Shown here in pieces: positions 1-7,960 of a stretch of 16,658 bases of DNA (positions are counted from its first letter, which is position 1; every line of letters starts with the position of its first letter). The stretch spans positions 1 to 16,658 of the forward strand of contig PRDH01000050.1 in assembly GCA_003345545.1 (NCBI GenBank), in the 5' to 3' direction. The notes under the pieces were generated by a model, which searched no databases, was not told the DNA's origin, and was given only the letters and a program-made list of their open reading frames with translations. Position numbers and translations under genes: made by a program. This DNA is from Candidatus Thorarchaeota archaeon. Its GTDB lineage: Archaea; Asgardarchaeota; Thorarchaeia; Thorarchaeales; Thorarchaeaceae.

Positions 1-1018
1 CGCCAACCGGGTGACCAACACCCTTCAAACCGCCCATGGGATTTATGGGCCTGTCGCCATCGAGAGCAGTCACTCCATCGCGAACAGCCTTCGCACCTTC
101 ACCAGGTTTGAAGAATCCAATATCCTCGCTAGCTATGATCTCAGCAATTGTGAAGCAATCGTGAACCACTGCAAAGTCCATATCCTTTGGCTTGAGCCCG
201 GCCATCTTGTATGCCTGTCTGCTGGCTTCTACAGATGCGCTGAAGGTTGTAAGGTCTGAGCGGGCGCACAGGTTCATAGATGCAGAGGCTTGTCCTGTGC
301 CAATGATCTTGACAGGCAGATCTGTGTACTTCTTTGCTTTCTCATTAGATGTGAGTACAAGTGCGGCAGCACCATCAGATATTGGCGAGCAGTCATAGAG
401 CTTGAGAGGCCAGGCGATGTATCTTGGTGTCATGGCCTTCTCAAGGGTGATCTCCTTCTGGAACTGCGCCAGGGGATTGGTTGAGGCGTTCTTGTGGGCC
501 TTTACAGCTACGCGCGCCATGTCTTCTTCCGTGGTCCCATACTTGTGCATGTGTGCAACCGCGGCAAGGGCAAAGACACCTGGGAAGGTCAGCCCAATAC
601 TTGATTCAAATTGATCATCAGCCGCTGCAGCAAGCGCCTCCGTGGCCTTGTTGGTCGATACTGAGGTCATCTTCTCGGCGCCAACAACAAGAACCGTGTC
701 ATAGAGTCTCGACTCGATTGCCATAATCCCAGCCCGAAGTGCTGTTGCACCTGATGCACAGGCAGCCTCATGACGCGTTGCAGGCAGTCCTCTGAGACCA
801 GCATAGTCGACTAGAAGTGGTGCTGTATGCCCCTGATGAATAAGCATCTCTGGGATGAAGCTCCCGATGAATGCTGCTTGAATATCCTTCTTGGGAATAC
901 CAGCATTTACCGTTACTTTGTCCACCGCTTCAGAGAACATCTCTCTGAGTGTCACACCTTCAAGCACTCCAAACTTCGTGTGAGCAGCACTTACGATATT
1001 CGTGTTTTTTAGGGGCAA
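1..1018 (-). CDS. Thiolase (acetyl-CoA C-acyltransferase, archaeal/SCP2-type), 3' end runs off the window
   Basis: Absent from the ORF track; translated by hand from TTG at 1018: MPLKNTNIVSAAHTKFG...RHEAACASG (Cys87)...VGAEKMT...LYDCSPISDGAAA...VHDCFTIAE...INPMGGLKGVGHPVG. CxS, HDCF and GHP motifs are characteristic of SCP2-type thiolases. SD-like GAGGTGG lies upstream. Confidence 0.95.
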   Translation of the reverse strand, partial: MPLKNTNIVSAAHTKFGVLEGVTLREMFSEAVDKVTVNAGIPKKDIQAAFIGSFIPEMLIHQGHTAPLLVDYAGLRGLPATRHEAACASGATALRAGIMAIESRLYDTVLVVGAEKMTSVSTNKATEALAAAADDQFESSIGLTFPGVFALAAVAHMHKYGTTEEDMARVAVKAHKNASTNPLAQFQKEITLEKAMTPRYIAWPLKLYDCSPISDGAAALVLTSNEKAKKYTDLPVKIIGTGQASASMNLCARSDLTTFSASVEASRQAYKMAGLKPKDMDFAVVHDCFTIAEIIASEDIGFFKPGEGAKAVRDGVTALDGDRPINPMGGLKGVGHPVG

Positions 1019-1065
1019 GTGATGATTCCACCTCTGCAAAGATGAGGCGGAGCATGAAATACAGC

Positions 1066-1073
1066 TATAAAAA
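1066..1073 (-). promoter_or_regulatory. Putative archaeal TATA box of the thiolase gene
   Basis: TTTTTATA on the minus strand, about 50 bp upstream of the TTG start. Confidence 0.55.
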
Positions 1074-1129
1074 CTGTGAGGGGCACCGCATTCTTCTGTG
1101 TACGAAGCAAGCAACAGAAGCATGCAACT

Positions 1130-1145
1130 CTCCGAAGAGATAATA
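1130..1145 (+). repeat. Direct repeat copy 1 (CTCCGAAGAGATAATA), left boundary of the FkbM islet
   Basis: Identical to 2119-2134. Similarity continues imperfectly (tGCtGTT vs aGCcGTT), giving 21/23 identity. Confidence 0.9.
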
Positions 1146-1267
1146 TGCTGTTCTCGGCTTCTTAGCCTATACTTAGACGCGTATCAAAATAAATGAACCC
1201 CAACCCACAGACGTACCTGTCATAAACCACCTAACTTAGATTTGAATTACTGCTCTTGCGACCGCAG

Positions 1268-1981
1268 TCAGTCACCAAAGTACTGATTTCTCACAAACAC
1301 TATATTTCCTTCATTCAACTGCTGTCTTTCATATTCTTCCAACACTTTGCAAACATCATAGATGGTACTAAGTTTTGTTTCGCATATGATTTTCATATCT
1401 GGATTTTCATCTCGTATTCGTCTAGAACCTTTCAGTACAGCAGCCTCATGCCCTTCAACATCAATCTTCATAAGATCAACTTTTGTGCCAGTTGGAATCA
1501 CATCATCCAGTCGTCTAACCGAGACACTGATAACATTTGAATCGTCAACAAGATTATGCATGCCAGAACTTCCATGTGACGGCGTTTGAGAAAATGGCTT
1601 GTTATTAACAAAGGCGTCTCCTGCAGCAACCCTAGACAACTGTACATTATCAAAGTGCTTTGTGTTTTCCAACAATGCTCGAAACGTTCTTGGATCTGGC
1701 TCAAATGCATAAACTTTCTGTGACAGCCTTGATAACAACACAGTATAGTATCCGCAGTTTGCACCAACATCAATAGCAGCATCGTAGGGACCGTGAGTCA
1801 AGATATATTGGGTAACTTCCTTCTCGTATATCCCAGTATGAGTGAAAATCTCGACCCAATAATCTGGCTGCAAAAGTATCATATCTTGATTAAGCAATTT
1901 AGACTTGTAACGAATATATGGAGTCCTGGGTATCAGGAGTTTGTAGATAAAATCCCTAACACGCCTCATCTCTATGACCAT
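1268..1981 (-). CDS. FkbM-family SAM-dependent methyltransferase
   Basis: Motifs IDVGANCGYYT, VYAFEP, VRRLDD and KIDVEGHEAAVLKG. GGAGG SD at 1990-1994 (minus) and a TATA-like TTTTTATG near 2018-2025. Confidence 0.92.
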   Translation of the reverse strand: MVIEMRRVRDFIYKLLIPRTPYIRYKSKLLNQDMILLQPDYWVEIFTHTGIYEKEVTQYILTHGPYDAAIDVGANCGYYTVLLSRLSQKVYAFEPDPRTFRALLENTKHFDNVQLSRVAAGDAFVNNKPFSQTPSHGSSGMHNLVDDSNVISVSVRRLDDVIPTGTKVDLMKIDVEGHEAAVLKGSRRIRDENPDMKIICETKLSTIYDVCKVLEEYERQQLNEGNIVFVRNQYFGD

Positions 1982-2118
1982 ATATCATTCCTCCATTCTC
2001 AGTTTCAGCCATAAGAACATAAAAACATATTATGCTATCCACAACACCTGCATTTTCAGCCCAGTAAGATCCAGACTAACATTCACAACGACCACAGATG
2101 AGACGCGAATACTATCAG

Positions 2119-2134
2119 CTCCGAAGAGATAATA
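2119..2134 (+). repeat. Direct repeat copy 2 (CTCCGAAGAGATAATA), right boundary of the islet; overlaps the probable ACAD promoter
   Basis: Identical to 1130-1145. Its AT-rich end lies about 30 bp upstream of the ACAD start. Confidence 0.9.
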
Positions 2135-2161
2135 AGCCGTTATTGAAGCGGGGTCTTGTGA

Positions 2162-3370
2162 TTGACTATGGACTTTTCATTATCTGACAAAGAACAGAAG
2201 CTTTGGGACAAAGCCAAGGCTTTCACTATGGAGCATATTACCCCACACGCCATTGAACTGGAGAAGCGAAACGAGTTTCCGAAGGATGTTGTTCAGAAGG
2301 CCTATGAGGCGGGTCTCATGAATTTGCACATTCCAGCTGAGGCAGGAGGGCCCGGACAATCACTGGTTTCGGAAACACTCGTGTCGGAAGCGACAGGGTA
2401 TGGTGATGCTGGCGTGGCCACAACAATCATGTGCAACAATCTCGCATTTGCGCCACTCGTGATTGCAGCCACTATAGATCAGCTCAAAACCTACGTGAGG
2501 CCTTTGATCACGGGAAAGGAAGTCAAATTCGGAGCATTCTGCCTGACTGAGCGCGTCGCAGGTTCAGACGCGGGAGCTGTGGCCACTCGAGCAGAGAAAG
2601 ACGGAGACGAATACGTCATAACTGGTATGAAATGTTTCATCACGAGCGCCCCACAGGCATCACTCTTCACAGTCTTTGCATCGACTCAACCAGAGCTGAA
2701 GAATAAGGGACTGTCGGTCCTTATGGTCCCGAAGAGCAAGGCCGTAAAGATTGGACTCATAGAGAACAAGATGGGTCAGAAGAACTCTGTGCAGAGCGAG
2801 GTCATCTTTGATCATGCTAGAGTACCCAAGGATTGTCTTGTAGGGAAGGAAGGAGAAGGCTTCAAGATTGCCATGATGACCCTGGATAAGACGAGAGCAG
2901 GAATTGCAGCCCTAGCGACAGGAGTAGCACAGCGAGCTGTTGATGAGGCGGGGAAGTTCGCGAATATTCGTCAGCAGTTTGGACAATCAATAGGCAACTT
3001 CCAAGGCATCGGTTTCATGCTCGCTGACATGGGTGCAAGAGCTGCAGCCTCGAGGCAGTTGACTCGATATGCAGCATGGTTGGCGGATAAGGGAATCCGC
3101 AACTCCAAGGACTCTGCGTTTGCCAAGTTCTTTGCTGCAGACGCTGCAATGCAAAACGCGATCGATGCAGCACAGATCATGGGAGGATATGGATACCTCA
3201 GTGAGTATCCTGTAGAGAAACTCATACGAGATGCGAAACTCCTACAGATCTACGAAGGCACCAATCAGGTTCAACGTGTTGTTGCTAGCGGCAATATTCT
3301 GAAGGAGTGCGCGAACCTAGATACAGGATTCCATGTCAAATACGACGGACGCGACGCCCCACTGATGTAG
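2162..3370 (+). CDS. Acyl-CoA dehydrogenase (short/medium-chain type)
   Basis: GAFCLTE..AGSDA, G.KCFIT, KMGQ, R.QFGQ.I, GGYGY, and catalytic IYEGTNQVQR. The start could be ATG 2168. Confidence 0.96.
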   Translation: MTMDFSLSDKEQKLWDKAKAFTMEHITPHAIELEKRNEFPKDVVQKAYEAGLMNLHIPAEAGGPGQSLVSETLVSEATGYGDAGVATTIMCNNLAFAPLVIAATIDQLKTYVRPLITGKEVKFGAFCLTERVAGSDAGAVATRAEKDGDEYVITGMKCFITSAPQASLFTVFASTQPELKNKGLSVLMVPKSKAVKIGLIENKMGQKNSVQSEVIFDHARVPKDCLVGKEGEGFKIAMMTLDKTRAGIAALATGVAQRAVDEAGKFANIRQQFGQSIGNFQGIGFMLADMGARAAASRQLTRYAAWLADKGIRNSKDSAFAKFFAADAAMQNAIDAAQIMGGYGYLSEYPVEKLIRDAKLLQIYEGTNQVQRVVASGNILKECANLDTGFHVKYDGRDAPLM

Positions 3371-3377
3371 TGCTCAG

Positions 3378-3400
3378 AAAGGACTGTGTTGTCCTTTATT
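3378..3400 (+). terminator. Hairpin plus T-rich tail after the ACAD gene
   Basis: AAAGGAC-tgtgtt-GTCCTTT (7-bp stem) beginning 8 nt after the stop codon. Confidence 0.45.
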
Positions 3401-3426
3401 AGTTACTTACTTAAGTGTGAACTAAT
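3398..3426. promoter_or_regulatory. Inverted repeat around a TATA-like box upstream of the nitroreductase operon
   Basis: ATTAGTT (3398-3404) and AACTAAT (3420-3426) enclose the palindromic ACTTAAGT. Confidence 0.45.
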
Positions 3427-3460
3427 CACGCCACCATATCAATGACTGGAGAGTCACACC

Positions 3461-4210
3461 TTGGGAGACAGCGAAACAATCAAAGTGATCAAGGGCCGTC
3501 GGGCTATACGAGACTATGACACATCAAAAGATGTCCCCGACGAATTGATCTATAAGATTATAGAGGCTGGAGGCTACGCCCCGAGTGCCGAGAATCAGCA
3601 GCCATGGAGGGTGATTGTGGTCCGTGACAAGAAGCTGCGTGAATTCATTGGGCAAACTGCAGTGGACCGGACGATTCTGCTCTTTGGTCGCGCCACTCCA
3701 CGACAGGAGCTGGAACGCAGACTGAGCTACATCGAGTCCAAGGCAAGCCGTGAGCGCACAATCGATATTCTCATTTCTGGGCAGCGATTCGAATACATCA
3801 AAGGAAACCCAGAAACCGATGGAGCTCCAGTTCTTCTTGTGCTTGCTGTCGACCAGACCCATGTTGGTAATTCTCAGGCAACTCTCAGAGGGACCGGTGG
3901 CGTCTACGGATGGTCAGGTCCTAGGCATGCAGTCATTGCCGGTGCGATGATGGTACAAAACATGGCGCTTGCAGCTGCAGCGCTTGGCATCGGAAGCTGC
4001 GTCTCATCAGTCCAGCTAGATCATTTTGATGATGTAGGAGCGATATCTAAGAAACTGGGGATTCCGTTCCCACACTGGGTGCCAATTCTGTGTCTGACAC
4101 TGGGATATGCAAAATACGATAGAACTCTCGGGCCACCAAGGCAAGGACCGGAGGAGATAGCATTTCTCAATAAATGGGGACAGCATTTTGTAAAGGAGGA
4201 CAGAAAATGA
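3461..4210 (+). CDS. Nitroreductase-family FMN-dependent oxidoreductase
   Basis: IKGRRAIRDY, APSAENQQPWRVIVV, APVLLV, QNMALAAAALGIGSC and LTLGY motifs. Confidence 0.93.
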   Translation: MGDSETIKVIKGRRAIRDYDTSKDVPDELIYKIIEAGGYAPSAENQQPWRVIVVRDKKLREFIGQTAVDRTILLFGRATPRQELERRLSYIESKASRERTIDILISGQRFEYIKGNPETDGAPVLLVLAVDQTHVGNSQATLRGTGGVYGWSGPRHAVIAGAMMVQNMALAAAALGIGSCVSSVQLDHFDDVGAISKKLGIPFPHWVPILCLTLGYAKYDRTLGPPRQGPEEIAFLNKWGQHFVKEDRK

Positions 4211-4755
4211 ATGACCTAGAGATTCTCCGGAAGGCGTTTGTCGCCTTCATTGATGGGTTGTGGTGGGGACTTCGTGACAACACCGGAGCGCTCTCAATGT
4301 ACGAGGGATACAGTGGTGGCTTTAGGCAGATGGGAAAAGAGATTGCCAAGGCAAGCGGTGGAAGAGGTCCAGAGAAGTCAGCAGAGATAACCGGGAGTGT
4401 CTTCAGAGCCATTGGAATGGATATCGAGGTGAACGAGAGGGACGTCTTTGTGAAGGCGTGCCCTATCTGGAATCGAATTCTTGAACGAGGACTTGAGTTC
4501 TCTTTTCATGTCGAAGAGATCTGCTGGATGCCACTCCTTGAAGGCATTGGCGAGGTCACAAAGGCTACGCCGGTCGCAGAGTCCTCTCTCAGACTCATCC
4601 ACATCGAGAATACCAAAATAGAGTACAAGAAGGAAAAGGCAAGGACAGCACTGGAGCGCGGTGACAGCACCAAAGCCGAGTATGAAAAGCAGATAGGTGT
4701 GCTTGACAAGACTTTAGAGAGCGCAAAGAAATATGGTCATTATCGATTTGAATGA
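4207..4755 (+). CDS. Hypothetical protein, DUF6125/V4R-like putative ligand-binding fold
   Basis: The ATG at 4207 overlaps the upstream TGA (ATGA coupling), so it is preferred to 4174. FIDGLWW, KACPIW and EEICW recall DUF6125-like proteins; the family call is from memory and needs an HMM check. Confidence 0.7.
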   Translation: MNDLEILRKAFVAFIDGLWWGLRDNTGALSMYEGYSGGFRQMGKEIAKASGGRGPEKSAEITGSVFRAIGMDIEVNERDVFVKACPIWNRILERGLEFSFHVEEICWMPLLEGIGEVTKATPVAESSLRLIHIENTKIEYKKEKARTALERGDSTKAEYEKQIGVLDKTLESAKKYGHYRFE

Positions 4756-4782
4756 ATTGACAGAGACAGACGCACAGGCAGG

Positions 4783-6057
4783 TTGAGTCATATGGAAACC
4801 CTAGAGAAGGCAGGACTTGCAGTCAACTACAACAAAGTACCCGGTACGAAATCAGACAGCCTCCCAAAGAGGGTGTTCATGTGGGATGAGACCCTAAGGG
4901 ATGGAGAGCAGACGCCGGGAGTTGCATTGACAATCGATGAGAAGATTGAGATTGCCAAGATGCTCGATGACGTAGGCACTTCTATCGTTGCAGTAGGATT
5001 TCCAGCGGTCAGCGATGCTGAGAAGAGGGCAGTTGCTGCAGTCGCAAAAGAAGGGCTCTCAAGAGCGAGCGTTGCTGCTCCAGCCCGTGCAGTCATTGAG
5101 GACATCGATGCATGCATCGAGGCAGGCGTTGACGAAGTTCCAATCTTTATTGCCACGTCAGACTTCCGATTAAAGTACCAGCTCAGGATGTCACGAGAAC
5201 AAGTCTTGGATCGATTGACACAGTGCGTCGAGTACGGAAAAGAACACGGTCTCATTATCGACTACATCGCAGAGGACTCAACCAGAAGCAATATGGAGTT
5301 TCTCTGTCAGGCGTTTAGGACTGCGATTAATGCAGGGGCAGACAAGATCTGTGTCGCTGACACTGTCGGATTTGTTCGACCTGAGGTCATGAAGCATATC
5401 ATGCGAGAAGTCAAGTCGCGTCTCTGGACGGAGAGTAAGTACAAGGTCCCTATTGCAGTGCATTGTCATGATGATTTTGGTCTAGCAACTGCTAACACAC
5501 TGGCGGCTGTAGAAGAGGGTGCTACCTATACGCAGGTGTGTGTCAACGCCTATGGCGAGAGAGCTGGCAATGCAGCATTTGAGGAAGTCGTGATGGCTCT
5601 TGAGGAGCTATACGGCATTGCGACAGGAATCAAGACGGAGAAGCTCTACCAGCTGTCTCAACTCGTGGAGAAAGACTTCGTTATACCCCTTCCACTGCAT
5701 AAAGCAATCAGTGGCGACAACGCATTCACTCATTCAAGCGGGATACACTCGCATGGGCAGTTGACCCACTCAATGACTTACGAACCAATCAATCCATCAA
5801 AGGTCGGCCGCGAAAGACAGTTCCATCTTGGCAAGTTCGTGGGCAGGCACTTCGTCGAGTATCTATTGAAGATGGGCGGAGTCCGGGCGACTCCAGAACA
5901 AGCCAAGGAAATAGCTGAGCGAGTGAAAAAGACTCATGAAGACCAGAAGAAGCTCCAGTCAAATGTGGCATTTGAGAAGATTAAGGAAGAACTGCGAGAG
6001 CTTAGGACGGGAGTATCCGAGCGAGAGTTCTGGGAAATAGTCTTTGATGTTGTGTAG
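4783..6057 (+). CDS. DRE-TIM metallolyase of the 2-isopropylmalate/homocitrate/citramalate synthase family, lacking the C-terminal LeuA regulatory domain
   Basis: DETLRDGEQTPG, ADTVG, HCHDDFGLATAN, GERAGNA and FTHSSGIH; 424 aa. The start may be ATG 4792. Confidence 0.92.
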   Translation: MSHMETLEKAGLAVNYNKVPGTKSDSLPKRVFMWDETLRDGEQTPGVALTIDEKIEIAKMLDDVGTSIVAVGFPAVSDAEKRAVAAVAKEGLSRASVAAPARAVIEDIDACIEAGVDEVPIFIATSDFRLKYQLRMSREQVLDRLTQCVEYGKEHGLIIDYIAEDSTRSNMEFLCQAFRTAINAGADKICVADTVGFVRPEVMKHIMREVKSRLWTESKYKVPIAVHCHDDFGLATANTLAAVEEGATYTQVCVNAYGERAGNAAFEEVVMALEELYGIATGIKTEKLYQLSQLVEKDFVIPLPLHKAISGDNAFTHSSGIHSHGQLTHSMTYEPINPSKVGRERQFHLGKFVGRHFVEYLLKMGGVRATPEQAKEIAERVKKTHEDQKKLQSNVAFEKIKEELRELRTGVSEREFWEIVFDVV

Positions 6058-6807
6058 TCACTTTTTCTTCTTCTGTGACAGTTCTCTCTGTAAACTGTTC
6101 CGAAGCAGCACACCGACGTCCATCATGACCACGCCACCGACAAACAGGAGACCAAAGCAGATGAGTACGAACGCTTCCATTTGTCCTGTCACTGGGTTTT
6201 GGCCAGAGAGCCAGTGACTTGTAACGAGCAAGTAGGCTATCTCCAGAATCAAGAACGCTGATGCAACGAGGATTGAGAACTGGATTCCAGTTCGAAACGT
6301 GAGTGCAGCATTTGAGATCCTCATTGTATCCTTGCCAATGTTAGAAGCGCCGCGGAGTCCTTCTACTTTCACAAAGTGACCCTGTGATGCCTGAGCTCGT
6401 ACGAATTCCTCAAGCTTTGTGGCGTCAATTTCATTCAAAGGTCTTGTAATGTATGTTGCTCGCAGGAACTTGAGTGCCGCTCCGCCACTTAACAAGGCCA
6501 GGACTGCAATCACGACGAAGACGATAAGAACTTGCCAAAGTGCAAACAACGCGAGAGCCGCAATCAGGACGATGAACATGAGTACAAGTCCAGTCGCACT
6601 ACCAGCACTCTCAACGCCTCCCTCAAATAGGAATCCGAGTCGTCTCATTATGCCTAGGCTGATCCAGGTTGAATAGTAGTCTTCATCTGAGATATTGAGA
6701 ATCTGTTTCGCGGCTTCTCCAACCTCCGTCTTCTTACCGCCATAGATGGTGATGCTTGTCTTTGGTATATTGACTGCCGTACTCTTGCTCTCATCTTCTG
6801 TGCGCAT
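6058..6807 (-). CDS. Hypothetical integral membrane protein
   Basis: About four hydrophobic segments (GLVLMFIVLIAALALFALW, VLIVFVVIAVLALL, IQFSILVASAFLILEIAYLLV, FVLICFGLLFVGGVVMM). Confidence 0.85.
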   Translation of the reverse strand: MRTEDESKSTAVNIPKTSITIYGGKKTEVGEAAKQILNISDEDYYSTWISLGIMRRLGFLFEGGVESAGSATGLVLMFIVLIAALALFALWQVLIVFVVIAVLALLSGGAALKFLRATYITRPLNEIDATKLEEFVRAQASQGHFVKVEGLRGASNIGKDTMRISNAALTFRTGIQFSILVASAFLILEIAYLLVTSHWLSGQNPVTGQMEAFVLICFGLLFVGGVVMMDVGVLLRNSLQRELSQKKKK

Positions 6808-6967
6808 TGGCGCAAGCCTCCTGCAAATTGGTATGAGTAAGTCACGGATATAACAATATGTGCCCTATGAGAGGAATCCACGAACAGAATGATTTTTCTA
6901 GTTCCCAGCCGTAGATTAGCAATGCTCAACCCTTGGAGCGAATTAATGAGTGTGAAGAGATGATCAC

Positions 6968-7501
6968 GTGACGATTTACGCTCTTGGAGATAAGACTCCA
7001 AGCATTGCAAAAACTGCCTATGTGCATCCACAGGCTTCAGTCATTGGCGATGTGAGGATTGGCGAACATGTCTTTGTCGCTCCGATGGTTTCCATCAGAG
7101 GGGATAGAGGACCTATCGTAATCGATGATGAAACGAATATCCAAGATGGTGTAGTGATACACTCGGATCCGTCATTCACCGTTCGCATTGGAAAACGAGT
7201 GAACATTGGTCATAATGCTACTATCCACGCGGAATCAATTGAAGACCACGCAGCGATTGGAATGGGAGCAGTTCTCATGCTGGGCTGCAAGGTCGCAAGA
7301 GGTGCTCTAATCGGGAACTCAGCCATGCTTCACGACAAGACAGAAACGGAGCCCAACAAGATCTATGCAGGAGTCCCAGCCAAATATGTGAGAGATATGG
7401 ACCCAAACAGCCCGGTAAGAGAGGCGATTGATGTCTATATTGATTCCTACATTAATAACACAGAATTCTATCCTAGAAATCTGAAGAAGCTCAGAAACTA
7501 G
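6968..7501 (+). CDS. Gamma-carbonic-anhydrase-family protein (YrdA/PaaY/CaiE-like, left-handed beta-helix)
   Basis: Hexapeptide repeats, VIGDVRIG, IRGD, TNIQD, three metal-binding His (VIH, IGHNATIH) and YAGVPAK. Confidence 0.93.
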   Translation: MTIYALGDKTPSIAKTAYVHPQASVIGDVRIGEHVFVAPMVSIRGDRGPIVIDDETNIQDGVVIHSDPSFTVRIGKRVNIGHNATIHAESIEDHAAIGMGAVLMLGCKVARGALIGNSAMLHDKTETEPNKIYAGVPAKYVRDMDPNSPVREAIDVYIDSYINNTEFYPRNLKKLRN

Positions 7502-7549
7502 ATAGCCGCGAACCAATCGCTTATAAGAATTATTAACAATAGTTATCTC

Positions 7550-7840
7550 ATGAGAAATGAAGAATTCACTATTGAAGGAAGGATTGTTTCAACCCAGCTA
7601 GCTACATTCGGAGATACAGATATTATCTACGGAAGCATCACCATCGAAGTGACTCGGAACGAACATGTAGATGTGAAGATTGATTCATACACCTACTATG
7701 AGTCACTTGATGTTGGGAACCATGTTGTCGTGGATGCAGCAAGATTGGGATCGACAGATATTCTCGTTGCAAAAAGGGTTCTTCTCGCGCCGATACTCGA
7801 TTCGGGTTCAGTAGGAGAAGAAGCCGTTGCGACATCATAG
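7550..7840 (+). CDS. Small beta-rich (OB-fold-like) hypothetical protein, paralog 1
   Basis: Alternating hydrophobic beta pattern and clear similarity to 7961-8191. TATA-like CTTATAAG at 7520-7527 suggests a leaderless transcript. Confidence 0.8.
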   Translation: MRNEEFTIEGRIVSTQLATFGDTDIIYGSITIEVTRNEHVDVKIDSYTYYESLDVGNHVVVDAARLGSTDILVAKRVLLAPILDSGSVGEEAVATS

Positions 7841-7960
7841 AAACAGAATCGAACCGTCAATAGTGCAGTAGTCGGGAGCAATGGACAACACTCACAGAGG
7901 ATGCCAGAATAGAATACATTATAACATCCGCTGCATGGCGCGCACGACGGTGAAACGCTC

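Larger units (their letters stand above)
1130..2134. mobile_element. Putative integrated single-gene islet (989-bp unit) carrying the FkbM methyltransferase
   Basis: Flanked by 16-bp direct repeats. AT-richer than the neighbours (hand counts: 33-38% GC in three 60-nt lines inside vs 48-58% in two lines of the acyl-CoA dehydrogenase). Separates a functionally coherent thiolase/ACAD divergent pair. Encodes no recombinase. Confidence 0.65.

Noticed and set aside
11-1143. Short + strand ORFs in the ORF track
   Set aside because: They are antisense shadows of the thiolase gene or span its promoter; no motifs.
1146-1267. Integron attC-like GTTAGGT (minus, 1228-1234) downstream of FkbM, and a 16-codon ORF MTGTSVGWGSFILIRV
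   Set aside because: There is no matching RYYYAAC at attC-like spacing and no attC hairpin. The ORF is too short to support.
1146-2118. Islet as an IS, MITE or casposon-like element
   Set aside because: No terminal inverted repeats inside the direct repeats and no transposase or casposase.
6058-6075. C-terminal KKKK as a eukaryote-like di-lysine retrieval signal
   Set aside because: Basic C-termini are common, and the tract is explained by the opposite-strand T-rich terminator.
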